Source: Octopus bimaculoides
Lineage: Eukaryota
DNA: 32,593 bases
Assembly (NCBI RefSeq): GCF_001194135.2
Contig: NC_068985.1
Coordinates: forward strand, 54,822,510-54,855,102
Reading direction: 5' to 3'
A program made the position numbers and the translations under genes. Positions 1 through 11,435 of the stretch are shown here, piece after piece (positions within the stretch are counted from its first letter, which is position 1; every line of letters begins with the position of its first letter). A model generated the notes under the pieces. That model was not told where the DNA came from, did no database searches, and saw only the letters and a list, made by a program, of their open reading frames with translations.

Positions 1-50
<50 letters not shown>

Positions 51-72
51 CAAGAGTGAGAGAGAGACAGAG
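1..72. repeat. (TA)n then (GA)n microsatellite
   Basis: Read directly from the sequence. Confidence 0.95.
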
Positions 73-402
73 AGAAGTGTTGTTTTTAAAAAGTCTGAGG
101 AAGTGCTAAGGCACAGGTGCTGCTGGATCATATTTATTTCTCTTATAATGTACAAAATAAATTGTGTAATGATATGAGACTGAAAACTCAGCAACTTGTA
201 GCTGTTTACACTGCACAGAAACAAATGTAATTTGTAATTAAAACCCGTTTATTACATCTGATATAAATTTTTATATAAATTCTACAAATTAACAGTGTTC
301 CACGTTTATATCCAGCTCAGGAAATAACCCTGCTATATCATGGCATATGGTAGGTGATAACCTTATAGAAGCTTTTAAATGCATTTTATGAAGTTATTAC
401 TC

Positions 403-442
403 ATATAATGCATATATATATGTGTGTGTGTGTGTGTATGTA

Positions 443-486
<44 letters not shown>

Positions 487-489
487 CAT

Positions 490-525
<36 letters not shown>

Positions 526-533
526 GCACACAT

Positions 534-593
<60 letters not shown>
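403..593. repeat. Compound (TA)n/(TG)n/(CA)n microsatellite
   Basis: Read directly from the sequence; it produces spurious HT/YI/CV ORFs. Confidence 0.95.
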
Positions 594-596
<3 letters not shown>

Positions 597-889
597 AGCA
601 GTAAAATCTTTATCTCTTTTCTCTTGTTAATACAAACTGTTTGTCTATGACATATTTCCTCTAATGTCAGACTTTCAGATTTTGAGACTTAATCCTTCTC
701 TCATATACGTTCACTTTACGATGCTCCCATTCCCATATACAGCTGAGAAAATCTATTTAAAAGTGTGTTTTGATTTTAGTGGAATGTTCCTTCTCTGTCA
801 TGTAATGGCTTGATAATTTAATCTAATACATGCACTTTACTACTTTACAGAGATGTAGTTCTTTACTAGCTCCACTATTGCTGCTATTT

Positions 890-1770
890 GAGGGTGTGGT
901 CATATTTATATCCCAGCTATCAAAGTGTGGTGAAATTTGCATTCCAACTTTCCTGGTATGGTGACATTTATGCCCGGCATTCAGTGTGTGGTCTTGTTTA
1001 GCTTTTGGAGTGTTGCAGTGTTTGTTTTTATACCCCAGTTTTCAGGGTATTGCAGTGTTTATATTTATACCCCAGTTTTCAGAGTATTGTGGGCTTGTGT
1101 TTATACACCAACTTTCAGGGCATTGCAGTGTTTGTGTTTATACCCCAGTTTTGAGGGTATTGCAGTTTTTGTGTTTATACCCCAGTTTTCAGGGTACTGC
1201 AGTGTTTATGTCTATACTTCATTTTTCAGAATATTGGTGATTTGTCTTAATACCCTAACTTTTCTGGCATTGCAGTGTTTGTGTTTTTATACCCCAGTTT
1301 TCAGGGTATTGCAGTGTTTATATTTATACCCCAGTTTTCAGGGTATTGTGGGCTTGTGTTTATACCCCAGCTTTCAGGGCATTGCAGTGTTTGTGTTTAT
1401 ACCCCAGTTTTCAAGAGGGTATTGCAGTGTTTGTTTAAACCTCAGTTTTCAAGAGGGTATTGGGAGTTTGTGTTTATACCCTAGCTTTTCTAGTGTTGCA
1501 GTGTTTACATTTATATCTCAACTTTCCTGGTATTGCAGTGTTTGTTCTTATACCCTAGTTTTCAGAGTATTGTAGTGCTGGCATTTATACCCCAATTTTC
1601 AGGGTATTGCAATGTTTGTGTTCATGTTCCACCTTTCAGGATATTGCTGTCTTTGTGTTTATACTCCAACTTTCCTGGTATTGCAATGTTTGCATTTATA
1701 CTCTAGTTTCCAGAATGACACATTGTTTATATTGATACACTAGTATTCAGTGTATTGGTGTGTGTATACT
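890..1770. repeat. 37-bp minisatellite (consensus about GTATTGCAGTGTTTGTGTTTATACCCCAGTTTTCAGG), roughly 20-24 units with degenerate ends
   Basis: The TGCAGTG register recurs at 1014, 1051, 1088, 1124, 1161 and 1198. Some units are 39 bp. Confidence 0.92.
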
Positions 1771-1952
1771 TTAGACAGACTGATAAACAGATTTGTACAT
1801 GAAAACTAAACATTAAAACTATAGTTAAGATTTCTCTGTAATTCAGTTTATACTTGATGACTTCTCTGTTAATCAAGAAATATCAGTAGAAATACAGCAG
1901 GAGAAAAAAAAGCAAAAACTGTTGACTATTTTCTTTATTCTGTTATTATTAT

Positions 1953-3123
1953 GGTGCTAGCTGGCAGAATTGTTACTGTTCTGGAAAAAAATGCGTAGCA
2001 GCATTTCTTCCAGCTCTACATTCTGAATTCAGGTGTTACTGAGGTTGACTTTGCCTTCTATCCTCTCAGAGCTGATGAAATAAGTGTCCATTGAGTACTG
2101 GGGTTAATGTTATTGACTAATACCTTCTCCCCAAATTTCAGGCCTTGTGCCTATAGTAGAAAGGATTATTATTACTAAGGATGCAAGTTGGCAGAATTGT
2201 TACCACACTGGACAAAATGCTTGGTCATATTTCTTCCAGCTCTTTACATTCTGAATTCAAATGCTACTGAAGTTAGCTTTGTCTTTCATCTGTCCAGGGT
2301 TGATAAAGTAACATACTATGTTCAATGTAATCAATTCCCCACCACTTCAGAATTTCTGACCTAGTGCCAAAATTTGAAACCAATATTATAATTAAGACAG
2401 TGAGCTGGTAGAATCATTAGCATGCTGGGCAAATCACTTAGTGACATTTCGTCTGACTTCACATTCTGAGTTCAAGTTCCACCGAGGTTGACTTTGCCTT
2501 TCATCCTTTTGGGGTCAATAAAATAAGTGTCAGTTGAAGACTGGGGGCAATGTAATTGACCTATGCTCTCCTCCAAACTTGCTGGCCTTGTGCCAAAATT
2601 TGAATATTATTATAATTATTTGAATCTTGAAAATTGCCTTTCGTCCTTTTGTGGTTGATAAATTCAATACAATAAAGTATGAGTCCAATATTGAGGATGA
2701 TGTAATCCACTAATCTGCTCCCACCAAATTTCAGGCCTTATGCATATTTGTGAAAGAATTATTGTTATTTTTATTAAAAGGTGGCGAGCTGGCAGAGTCA
2801 TTAGCACATCGGGCAAAATGTTTAGCAGAATTTCATCTGACTTTATGTTCTGAATTCTAATTCCACTGAGATCACCTTTGCCTTTCATCCTTTCGGGGTG
2901 AATAAAATAGGTACTAGTTGAGCACTGAGGTCAATGTAATTGATTTACCCGTCTCACCTGAAATTGCTGGCTTTGTGCCAAAATTTGAAACCATTTATTA
3001 TTAAAATTAGTGAGGTGATAGAATTGTTAGTGTCAGATTAGATGCTTAGTGATATTTCTTGAGGCTCCATATGTTCTAAGTTCAAATTCTACTGAGGTCA
3101 ATTTTGTCTTTCATCCTTTCAAG
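1953..3123 (+). mobile_element. Head-to-tail stack of about six tRNA-derived SINEs (family A)
   Basis: Repeated GAGCTGGCAGAA head, CTGAGTTCAAATTC B-box-like motif, GCCTTTCATCCTTTCGGGGTCGATAAA core and ATT-rich tails. Unit starts are near 1953, 2176, 2393, 2630 (partial), 2776 and 3003. Confidence 0.85.
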
Positions 3124-3129
3124 TTCGAT

Positions 3130-4075
3130 ATTCTCAAGAATATTGGGATTCCTATAGAATACCAGATGGTACTTTTCTGTAGGTTGACAATGTGACTCTC
3201 AATTCCAAGATAGTTCAGTGTTTTAGGTAGTATTTTGGATGTGTCAAGTGCACCTATTACCACAAGAATAATTATTGTTTTAGTCTTCCACAGTCTCTTT
3301 AGTTCTCTGGTTAAATCCTGCTATTTCTCAATTTTTTCAATTCCTTTGGTACCAACTCTGTGATGAGAAGGGATCTGTTATGATAATTGTCTATGATCTT
3401 ACACTGTTTATTTTTTCCACTATAATTGTATCTCGTCCTCTTGCTTCAATAGTATGATCAGTCTTTATGATGAAGTCTCATAAGATCCTGTAATTCTCAT
3501 TCTCTGTCATAGCCTCTGGTTTGTGATCATACTACTTTCCTGTTATTTTGAAGCCAGACACTTGGCTATCATTCCAATGCACTCTTTTATCTATGCAGCC
3601 ATGTCTGCACTTATACTCTTTTTGTGCTAGCTTACTGCACTCACTCAAAGATGATTGATACTTACATCTTTCCTACACAGTTTTGTCAATCTTGGCCTTA
3701 ATCAGATTTGTCCTAGTGGCTTGTTCCTGAGTGTATATAATTAGTGCTTTGGTCTCTTGTTTCAGATTTCTATCTGTTAGCCATAGCTTTAATTCCAAAA
3801 TTCTCGATTTATTGCATGAATTGGCTGCATAATTCTTTCTTTCCATCTGCTTGCTATGTTATTCTTCCTTCTGTTCTTAAATTCTCCTACTGTTTCAGTA
3901 ACTATTTTAGTATCTGTAGCTGCCATTCTTTCTTTACTCCACACAACATAATTTTTCAACCCCAGTATTGCGGTACTAACAGTGTCTTCTGCATTTAGTA
4001 ATCCTCTGCCTCCTTCTTTCTTTCTTGGTAGGTAGAGTCTGTCAGTATTATTGCCAAAATTTGTTAGCCTCAAAA
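3130..4075 (-). mobile_element. Decayed R4/Dong-clade non-LTR retrotransposon, 3' part (RT thumb to restriction-like endonuclease)
   Basis: Minus-strand peptides RLYLPRKKEGGRGLL, LKQETKALIIYTQEQATRTNLIKAKIDK and RIL*DFIIKTDHTIEARGRDTIIVEK, interrupted by stops and frameshifts. Confidence 0.85.
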
Positions 4076-4127
4076 TTGAATTGCTGATATTTTAGCTGTC
4101 CCTTTCTTTTATCATTCCTTAGTTGGA

Positions 4128-4500
4128 GGGGCAGTGAGTTAACAAAATGTTAGTGTGTCAGGCAAAATATGATGCAGTATTTGTTAAGGTCAACTTTGGT
4201 TTTCATCCTTTTGGGGTTGATAAACTAAAGTATCAGTCACACTGGAGTTGATGGTATCAACTCACCTCCTCCCTTCAAAATTGCTGTCCTAGTGCCAAGG
4301 TCAGAAGCAATTACAAAAGGCAGGGAGCTAGCAGAATTATTAGTGTTGGACAATATTCCAAGGGGTATTTCTTTCAAACCTTTACAGTCTGAGTTCAATT
4401 TCTGCCAGGGTCAACTTCATTTTTCCAGGGTTGATAAAATGAAATATTAGTCAAATATTAAGTTGATGGTATCTCCTCCCCTTAAAATTGCTGACCAAGT
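4128..4500 (+). mobile_element. Two degenerate tandem family A SINEs
   Basis: Same head, core and tail motifs as 1953-3123. Confidence 0.7.
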
Positions 4501-4889
4501 AAGTTGAGTGTCTTGGTCAGGTTAATAAATAGTTTGACTATCTCTCCCTTTCTGTTTCCCTCCTCCAGATAGTGACCACCTTACCTAACAAATGCAATAT
4601 TGTCTGTGAAAGAAAAGTAGATTGCTTTGTGTTTATGAGAAATAAATATGCTATCATCATTATATGTTAGGTACCTGAACACTGTACACAATAAATTTAC
4701 TTTATTATTTTGTATTTTGATATAATTGCTATGTGGTCACATGACTTGATGGAAATAACAGCCAAATTCTCTCAACTCACACCCTATCATCTTAAAAGAG
4801 AAGGACACATTGTATAATGTATTCATGAAAAATTAGATGGGATAAGCTTGGTTGGAATGACTAGATTTGTGGTAAAAAGATTTTTTTCT

Positions 4890-5195
4890 TTGATTTTGGG
4901 ATGTTGAGTCTCACAGAGGCGATGACAAGTGATCGAGGCCTTTGGCAATTTATTGTATTCAAGAAGACATGTCAAGCCAAGTGAGATCATAGTCATGGTT
5001 AGTGCTGGTGACATGTACAAGTGGTGACTACTCTTCGAGTAGTTGGCATTAGGAATGGCATCCAGCTGTAGAAGCCAAGCCAAATCAGACTGGATCCTGA
5101 TATAGCCCTTTAATTTACCATTCCCAATTAAACTGTCTAAACCATGCCAGCATGGAAAATGGATGCTAAATGATGATGGTGATGATGATAATGAC
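4890..5195 (+). mobile_element. SINE family C fragment (AGGAAGGGCATCCAGCTGTAGAA-type 3' region ending in (GAT)n)
   Basis: Shares tail motifs with the copies at 10766, 11064, 14920, 21075 and 21835. Confidence 0.7.
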
Positions 5196-5576
5196 GAAGT
5201 ATTTTAAAATAAATTAAATATTTTTGTTTAATGCTTTACTGTTTGTGTGCAAGAAAAATGTCTTTGTACATGACACCACACAACCACATATCCATGCAGC
5301 CACATACCCACACAGCCATGTATTTATGTCCTACTGTTTAATCATGCAGCTTCATCTGAATCACAAAACTAAGGCAGGCATAAAAGATATTTCTGACAAA
5401 GACACTATTTATAGAATCACATGTCATTATAAGAAATGAAGATCTTGTCTAAAGATCTTTTATTGTTGCTGTCAGTGGTTTAGAACAGCTGTTCTCAAAC
5501 TGTGCACCACAAGGGATGTCTAGATGAATCTTGGATTAAAAAAGATATATTTTAAGGCTTAAGAAAAGCTATATTC

Positions 5577-5760
5577 TTTTCTAATCTAGGCACAAGGCAC
5601 AAAACTTTTGGGGAGGGGGGCTAGTCGATTAGATCAACCCCAGTATGCAACTGGTATTTAATTTATCAACTCCGAAAGGATGAAAGGCAAAGTTGACCTC
5701 AGCAGAATTTGAACTCAAAACGTAAAGACAGACAAAATACCACTAAGCATTTCGTCCGGC
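5577..5760 (-). mobile_element. Family A SINE, reverse orientation, 5' end clipped by the adjacent MITE
   Basis: Its reverse complement matches the 25677-25910 copy (GAAAGGATGAAAGGCAAAGTTGACCTC...GAATTTGAACTC on the + strand). Confidence 0.85.
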
Positions 5761-5762
5761 GA

Positions 5763-6162
5763 AACCCTTTTGTTACTATATTTCTATTGAAATACACTGT
5801 CTTTATTTCAATTAATTAAAAAAAAAAAAGAATTTATTAAAATAACTTTGTCATTATTAACCCTTTAGTGTTCAGATTACCCTATCAAATATATATATAT
5901 ATATAATGCTTATTTATTCACATTATTTTGAATTAATCATGCATTATCTTGTAGCTTTGAGATTTTGATGATGTGATTGTTTATTTTTAGAGATGACATT
6001 GTAGGTAGGTGTGCAGATAGAAAATTTGGGATGGATATGGCTGGTTTAAATGCTAGTGTTTGGAACATAAATTAACATGGAATTATATTGGAAGGTTTTT
6101 TGATTACTTTAAAAGAGGAGGTTATTGAGGTACTCCAGGTGGCTTGGTATCACAAGGGTTGA
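5763..6162. mobile_element. piggyBac-type MITE with a second MITE-like sequence nested at an internal TTAA (about 5857-6053)
   Basis: Ends are AACCCTTTTG and CAAGGGTTGAA. The outer parts match the reverse complement of the 24677-25320 element, and the inner part starts TTAACCCTTTAG. Confidence 0.6.
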
Positions 6163-6269
6163 AACATAATTTTGTTTAACTTTCCATATGAAGTCGTAGT
6201 GTAGCAGTAATTATTTGATCTCCAATGTTCCACATTCCACCAAATCAAAAACATTTGGACGACAGCTTA

Positions 6270-6439
6270 TCTATTTTATAAGCAGACATATCTGTGTGAT
6301 TAAGAAGATCGCTTTGCAGCCATGTTGTTTTGTGTTCAGTCCCATGGCATGGCACCTTATGCAAATCACTGCTTCTGTAGCCTAGGCTAACTAATGCCTT
6401 ATGAGTGAATTTGATTGACAAAAACTGTATGGAAGCCTG

Positions 6440-6477
<38 letters not shown>

Positions 6478-6660
6478 GTATTGTGTTTGTCACTCACTGT
6501 GTGACAATGTGTTGGTTTGTTTTATGTCCCTGTAAATTATCAGTTTAGCAAAAAGCAAACTTATAGAATTAGTACTAAACTTAAAATCAGCGTTGGGATC
6601 AATTTCACCAACAAAACTCATTAAGGAGGTGCTCCAACAAGACTAAACAAGTAAATGAAT
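6270..6660 (+). mobile_element. Degenerate family B SINE (head, internal microsatellite, tail)
   Basis: Colinear with the better-preserved copy at 17262-17662. Confidence 0.7.
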
Positions 6661-6959
6661 AAAATTATTATTCTGACTGTATGGTGTTTAAGATTAAACT
6701 GTTTTGTAATAAAACATTACTATTGACTGTTGTTACCAACACCTGATATGTCAACAGCCTACAGACTTTGACCTGGTTTAAGGAAAGCTTAAACCTTTGT
6801 TGCTAAGAGTGTATTATTAGATTTGAAAGCAAATTATGACAAGATTATATCATGACAATGCAAGAAACAGAATCAATTTCAAGGAATCAAAAATCTGTCA
6901 ATGATTTTTTTCTATGAATTGATACATACAACATTTTATTTCTTCTTGTTTTCATGGCA

Positions 6960-7250
6960 TGGTTGATTCCTCCCAGATAAAAACTTCCTCAGCTATGTCC
7001 AGCCCCCTAACAACATCTTGAGAAGACGACCTTTCTCCAATTGATATGGGAATCCCCACCAACTGAGGACCTCCTCCTTGGATCAGAAGCACCGTGGATT
7101 CAGTGGAAGACGTTCAACTGCTTGAGAAATTGCTTTGATCACATGTAGCTACAAGATGGGCAGAACTACCTGTGATTGTGGAGAAGCAGACCAGACTATG
7201 GAGAAACCCTTGTCTGCTCTCTATTATCCAACCCCTGCTGCACAAATAAA
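6960..7250 (+). mobile_element. Decayed non-LTR retrotransposon C-terminal fragment
   Basis: Frameshifted WKTFNCLR...TTCDCGEADQTME resembles the WxxLNRLR...CxCGxxxQT C-terminal Cys-motif region of LINE ORF2. Clade not assigned. Confidence 0.5.
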
Positions 7251-7306
7251 TCTTGCAAACTTCAATTAAAAACAGAAAGAATGTATAAAGAAATGGAAAA
7301 TTGTTA

Positions 7307-8534
7307 TATGAGGGCCAGTTGAAAAGTCCATAGGCTGACCAAGATATCTTCATGGAATGTGACCAAATGAAATTTATTATTCAATATAGCACCCCCTTGT
7401 GGTCCATACACTTTTTCCATTGGTGTTGCAGTGCTTGGGTCTTTTATCAAAAACTTCATCAACACTGTGATACTGGTTCCCAGCCAAGTGTTTTTTTTTT
7501 TATGTTGGGCCAAATCACAAGAATAGAGATGGTGGTCAACCAGTTCAAAGCCACAGTGACATGCAGCAGTCAGGACTGGTGTGCTGGAGCATAGTCCTGA
7601 TGAAACAAGACCTCTTTCACCAGTTTTGTTGGATGTTTGGTCTTGATAGCCTTTCATAACTGCCTCAGCAAGTTAGCATAGTACTCTCCATTGATGGTAT
7701 TGCCTTTTGAAGATAGTCTGTAAACACAATGCTTTTTGCATCCCAAAAAACTGAGGCCATCCCCTTCTATGCTGGTGAATGACTTTGGATTCTTTGGAGC
7801 AAGAGAGGAGGGGTTTTTCCACTGAATGGATTGTTTCTTTGTATCTGTCTCAAAGTGATGAACCCAACACTCATCCTGCGTTAGGAAATGTTCAAGGATA
7901 CTAGCTGGTTCTACCTCAAATAATATCAGATTTTGCCATGATGTGATCAGCCTGGTGCACTTTTGATCAGGTGTTAGATGTGGCAACCACTGAGCAGAAA
8001 CCTTTGTCATGCCAAGTCCATTTTGTAGAATATTCTCAACTCTCTCATGGGATATGCTATTTACATTGGCTATTTTATTTATTGTTAGTCGCCTGTTATC
8101 CATCACCATGTGGTGAACACAAGCAATGTTTTTCTTGGTGGTGGCAGTTGCAGGATGTCCGGCCATTGAGTGATCTTCAAGATTCTCTCTTCCCCTCTTA
8201 AATTCAACTGCCCACTTTTGCACTGTTGATAAAGCTGGAGTGTCATCCCCTAATGTAACAACCATGTCAGCATGAATATCCTGGTGGTTGGGGGTTAAAC
8301 CCTTTTTCAGCAGGTACTACTTGATAACACCACAATGCCAAATTTTGTTGATTTTCAAGACAAGTCACTACTATTTATTTCTGAAGCCTGTTTTGAACAG
8401 TCAGATGTCAATTTACCTGGAAAGAAACAATGCAATTATTAATAAGAAGTGTTGAAATTAATGAATGCAAGATTTTACAGCTCTAGCATCACTCTTTCAT
8501 AATCAGCCAATGAACTTTTTGTCCCACCTTTGTA
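7307..8534 (-). mobile_element. Decayed mariner (Tc1/mariner, DD34D type) transposon, about 1.23 kb, with imperfect TIRs and TA ends
   Basis: Transposase remnants WLPHL (WVPHEL-like), TQDECWVHHFE, VLFHQDYAPAH and HHLYSCDLAQ (HPPYSPDLAP-like) lie across frameshifts. The TIRs are TATGAGGGCCAGTTGAAAAGTCCATAGGCTGA and TCAGCCAATGAACTTTT...CCTTTGTA. Confidence 0.92.
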
Positions 8535-8875
8535 CAACTATCATACTTTGAAGAATTGAAAGATGTCACAGTAAAAACAAACCTAGGATATGTGAGTGAA
8601 ATGTCACTCATCATTTGGTTTTTATTTTAATCTTCCTCTCATTGTCCTATCATCTGCCTGGTGGTGTGTCATGGTGCAACTAAATGTGGGTGGTGGTAGT
8701 GGGTGCAGGGCTTTCTTAGAACAATTACCATGGTGATATTTCATAAGAGGAGACAGTAAAATTAGTTTCATATTATGATCCATGAATGTATTATTGAGTT
8801 AGCTCAAAGTTAATGATGTGTTTATTGTCTTTGGTGGGTGTGTAATGTTGAGAACACCCAGATGAAAGTATCTGA

Positions 8876-9012
8876 NNNNNNNNNNNNNNNNNNNNNNNNN
8901 NNNNNNNNNNNNNNNNNNNNNNNNNNNNNNNNNNNNNNNNNNNNNNNNNNNNNNNNNNNNNNNNNNNNNNNNNNNNNNNNNNNNNNNNNNNNNNNNNNNN
9001 NNNNNNNNNNNN
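8876..9012. other. Assembly gap (137 N)
   Basis: Run of N. Confidence 1.
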
Positions 9013-9044
9013 ACACACACACACACACACACACATCTGTTATG

Positions 9045-9530
9045 TTGAAGGTGCTGGCATGGCTGTGGGGTTTAAAAGTTCACTTCCTAACCACATGGTT
9101 TTAGGGGTTCAATCCCTCTGTGTGGCACATTGGGCAAGTGTCTTCTACTATAGCCCTGAGCCAACCACAGCTTTTGGGTGGGTTTGGTAGATGAAGATTG
9201 AAAGTAGCCCATCATATGGTGTATGTGTGTATGTATATGAGTGTGTGTTTGTGCGTCCTTGTCTTGCCATTACTTGACTTGTTAACTGATGATTACCATG
9301 ATGCAAGATGTGTTGTTCATTTCCAATCTTCTGTGGAAACATGTCTGGCCATGGGGGAAATATTACTTTGCTCAGAAACTGGTGAGGATTGGCAACAAGA
9401 AGGGCATCCAGCTGTTGGAAATCTGCCTCAACAAATTCTCTGTGACTTTTGCTAACAAGGAACAATAGATGGTTAAAACAATGGTAGTGATGATGATAAT
9501 AATCATGAGGATTGATGATGATGATGATAC
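9045..9530 (+). mobile_element. SINE with family B head, microsatellite hinge and an AGAAGGGCATCCAGCTG-type tail ending in (GAT)n
   Basis: GGTTCAATCCC B-box-like motif and TTGGGCAAGTGTCTTCTACTATAGCC. The tail differs from the one at 17262-17662. Confidence 0.75.
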
Positions 9531-9838
9531 CTGAACTTCACCAATGAATCTATCAACTGGTCAGTTTGATTGTTTTCAGACACCTGTGAACATTCGTTTT
9601 GGAAATGTTATATTTTGCTAAATTTTTATTCTCATTTTTCAACAAAACAAAAAAAAAAGAAAAGAAAAATGTTCTGCTATTAAAAGACAAAGAAAAGAAA
9701 CAGTTTTTTTTTTTTCTTCAGTCAAATTTCATGGCTTAATGCTAAGCCATATCTTCTCCCAGAACTTTTGCTCTCACTATTATTATAAAGACAAGTCAAA
9801 TATACGTGAATTATAAACTGAATTTTCAACAATTTCAG

Positions 9839-9949
9839 GGCGTAACTGATTTTGTTAGTTCTTGTAACAAATCTGTTATAAATGTGGTTGCTTCAGCGGG
9901 TACTAAAGTTGTGGACATTGGTTCCAAAGTGATGAGTGCCTGTATGTCG
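9839..9949 (+). CDS. Candidate orphan internal exon, unknown protein
   Basis: Acceptor tttcag|G and donor G|gtaagt; 111 nt, open only in phase 0 (GVTDFVSSCNKSVINVVASAGTKVVDIGSKVMSACMS). Non-repeat sequence, with no homology recognised. Confidence 0.35.
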
Positions 9950-10029
9950 GTAAGTTAGTCATTGTTTATAGCTGGTGTCTGTACCACATTTTTCTCCATC
10001 ACTCTATGTTTAGATGTCTTTGTGTGTAA

Positions 10030-10037
10030 ATGAGTGA

Positions 10038-10071
<34 letters not shown>

Positions 10072-10110
10072 GTGCATATATATATATATTTGTGTGTGTG
10101 TGTGTGCATA

Positions 10111-10159
<49 letters not shown>

Positions 10160-10215
10160 ATATATATATATATATGCTCATACACATACATATATATGCA
10201 CATGTGCATGTGTGA
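10030..10215. repeat. Compound CA/TA/TG microsatellite
   Basis: Read directly from the sequence. Confidence 0.9.
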
Positions 10216-10373
10216 TGTATAGTGCATATGTTGTCTCATTTCGTACATGGGTGTTGTCAGTAAAACTTAGTTTAGTGCATGGTTTCTCCTCTCACTTGTT
10301 TTTGTTGTCTAGCACTTTGTCACTTGTACACCTTATATACATACATACATATATATATATGTCATTTCTTCAG

Positions 10374-10406
10374 GAAGTATACACTGGAGTGGTTTCAGTT
10401 TGGTGA
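10374..10406 (+). CDS. Candidate terminal exon following 9839-9949 (EVYTGVVSVW*)
   Basis: Acceptor tcatttcttcag and phase-compatible with the upstream candidate. Very short, and no clear polyA signal was seen. Confidence 0.2.
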   Translation, partial: EVYTGVVSVW

Positions 10407-10765
10407 AGTGAGGACCCAGGCAGAATCAAATGACTTTGACTGTGAATGCAATTGCATATTACATTTTGACCACAATGGAAAAAGGCTGACCATAAGCCAT
10501 AAAGTAACTAAAGCACCTTTGTCTTACAGCATATACAGCATTATATAATCAGTTAAAGTTTTGTTTGTCTTGCAGTGTTGAATGGTGCAACTCCTCCTAT
10601 GACTATGGTGTTTCTATTTCAGGAGAAGAATGGTCAGACATCCATGTAAAAGTACCCAATTTCTATAGAGTTCTATCATGTCTATATTTTCTTACATAGT
10701 TTCTTAATTTTGTCTTTTCAACTACTTCATATTTTGGTGTATTCTCAAATTAGCCATAAATTAGG

Positions 10766-10877
10766 TACTGCCAAATCAGATTGGAGCCTGGTGTAGCCAT
10801 CTGGTTTCACCAGTCCTCGGTCAAATCGTCCAACCCATGCTGGCATGGAAAGCGGACGTTAAACGACGACGACGATA
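10766..10877 (+). mobile_element. 5'-truncated family C SINE 3' end
   Basis: Near-identical to 11327-11435 (CCAAATCAGATTGGAGCCTGG...GGACGTTAAACGACGACG). Confidence 0.85.
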
Positions 10878-10888
10878 TATATGTGCTG

Positions 10889-11063
10889 NNNNNNNNNNNN
10901 NNNNNNNNNNNNNNNNNNNNNNNNNNNNNNNNNNNNNNNNNNNNNNNNNNNNNNNNNNNNNNNNNNNNNNNNNNNNNNNNNNNNNNNNNNNNNNNNNNNN
11001 NNNNNNNNNNNNNNNNNNNNNNNNNNNNNNNNNNNNNNNNNNNNNNNNNNNNNNNNNNNNNNN
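10889..11063. other. Assembly gap (175 N)
   Basis: Run of N. Confidence 1.
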
Positions 11064-11435
11064 TCTTGTGCGGGTGGCACATAAGATGCACCATTTTGAG
11101 CGTGACCGTTGCCAGTGCCGCCTGACTGGCCTTCGTAGGGTTTTCGAGCAAGATCGTTGCCAGTGCCCCTGGACTGGCTTTTGTGTGGGTGGCACATAAA
11201 AGACACCATTTCGAGCGTGGCCGTTGCCAGTACTGCCTGACTGGCCTTCGTGCGGGTGACACGTAAAAGCTCCCACTACACTCTCTGAGTGGTTGGTGTT
11301 AGGAAGGGCATCCAGCTGTAGAAACTCTGCCAAATTAGATTGGAGCCTGGTGTTGCCATCCGGTTTCACCAGTCCTCAGTCAAATCGTCCAACCCATGCT
11401 AGTATGGAAGGCGGACATTAAACGACGATGATGAT
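11064..11435 (+). mobile_element. Family C SINE with internal tandem subrepeats, relatively young
   Basis: Repeated GTTGCCAGT...GACTGGC units, an AGGAAGGGCATCCAGCTGTAGAA motif and a (GAT)n-like tail; CpGs are retained. Confidence 0.85.

Noticed and set aside
408-650. HT/YI/CV-rich ORFs here and at 8791-9104, 9955-10406, 15356-16087, 16451-17300 and 20043-20288
   Set aside because: These are translations of dinucleotide microsatellites or N gaps.
890-1770. 37-bp repeats as a CRISPR array; ORF 937-1575 as a gene
   Set aside because: The units are contiguous with no unique spacers, there are no cas genes, and the context is eukaryotic. The ORF is simply the translated minisatellite.
9286-9350. 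CTGATGA...GAAAC-AT-GTC hammerhead-like string
   Set aside because: There is no stem I complementarity and no convincing stem II; it lies within a SINE tail.
10279-10700. ORF KYTLEWFQFGEVRTQ... and downstream VEWCNSSYDYG... as HSL N-terminal exons
   Set aside because: Neither resembles HSL_N motifs, and I could not find phase-compatible splice sites joining them.
10766-11435. Duplicated SINE ends around the gap as LTRs of one element
   Set aside because: Both are 3' tails of the same SINE family seen elsewhere in the window. There are no TG...CA termini or PBS, and a gap-related assembly artefact cannot be excluded.
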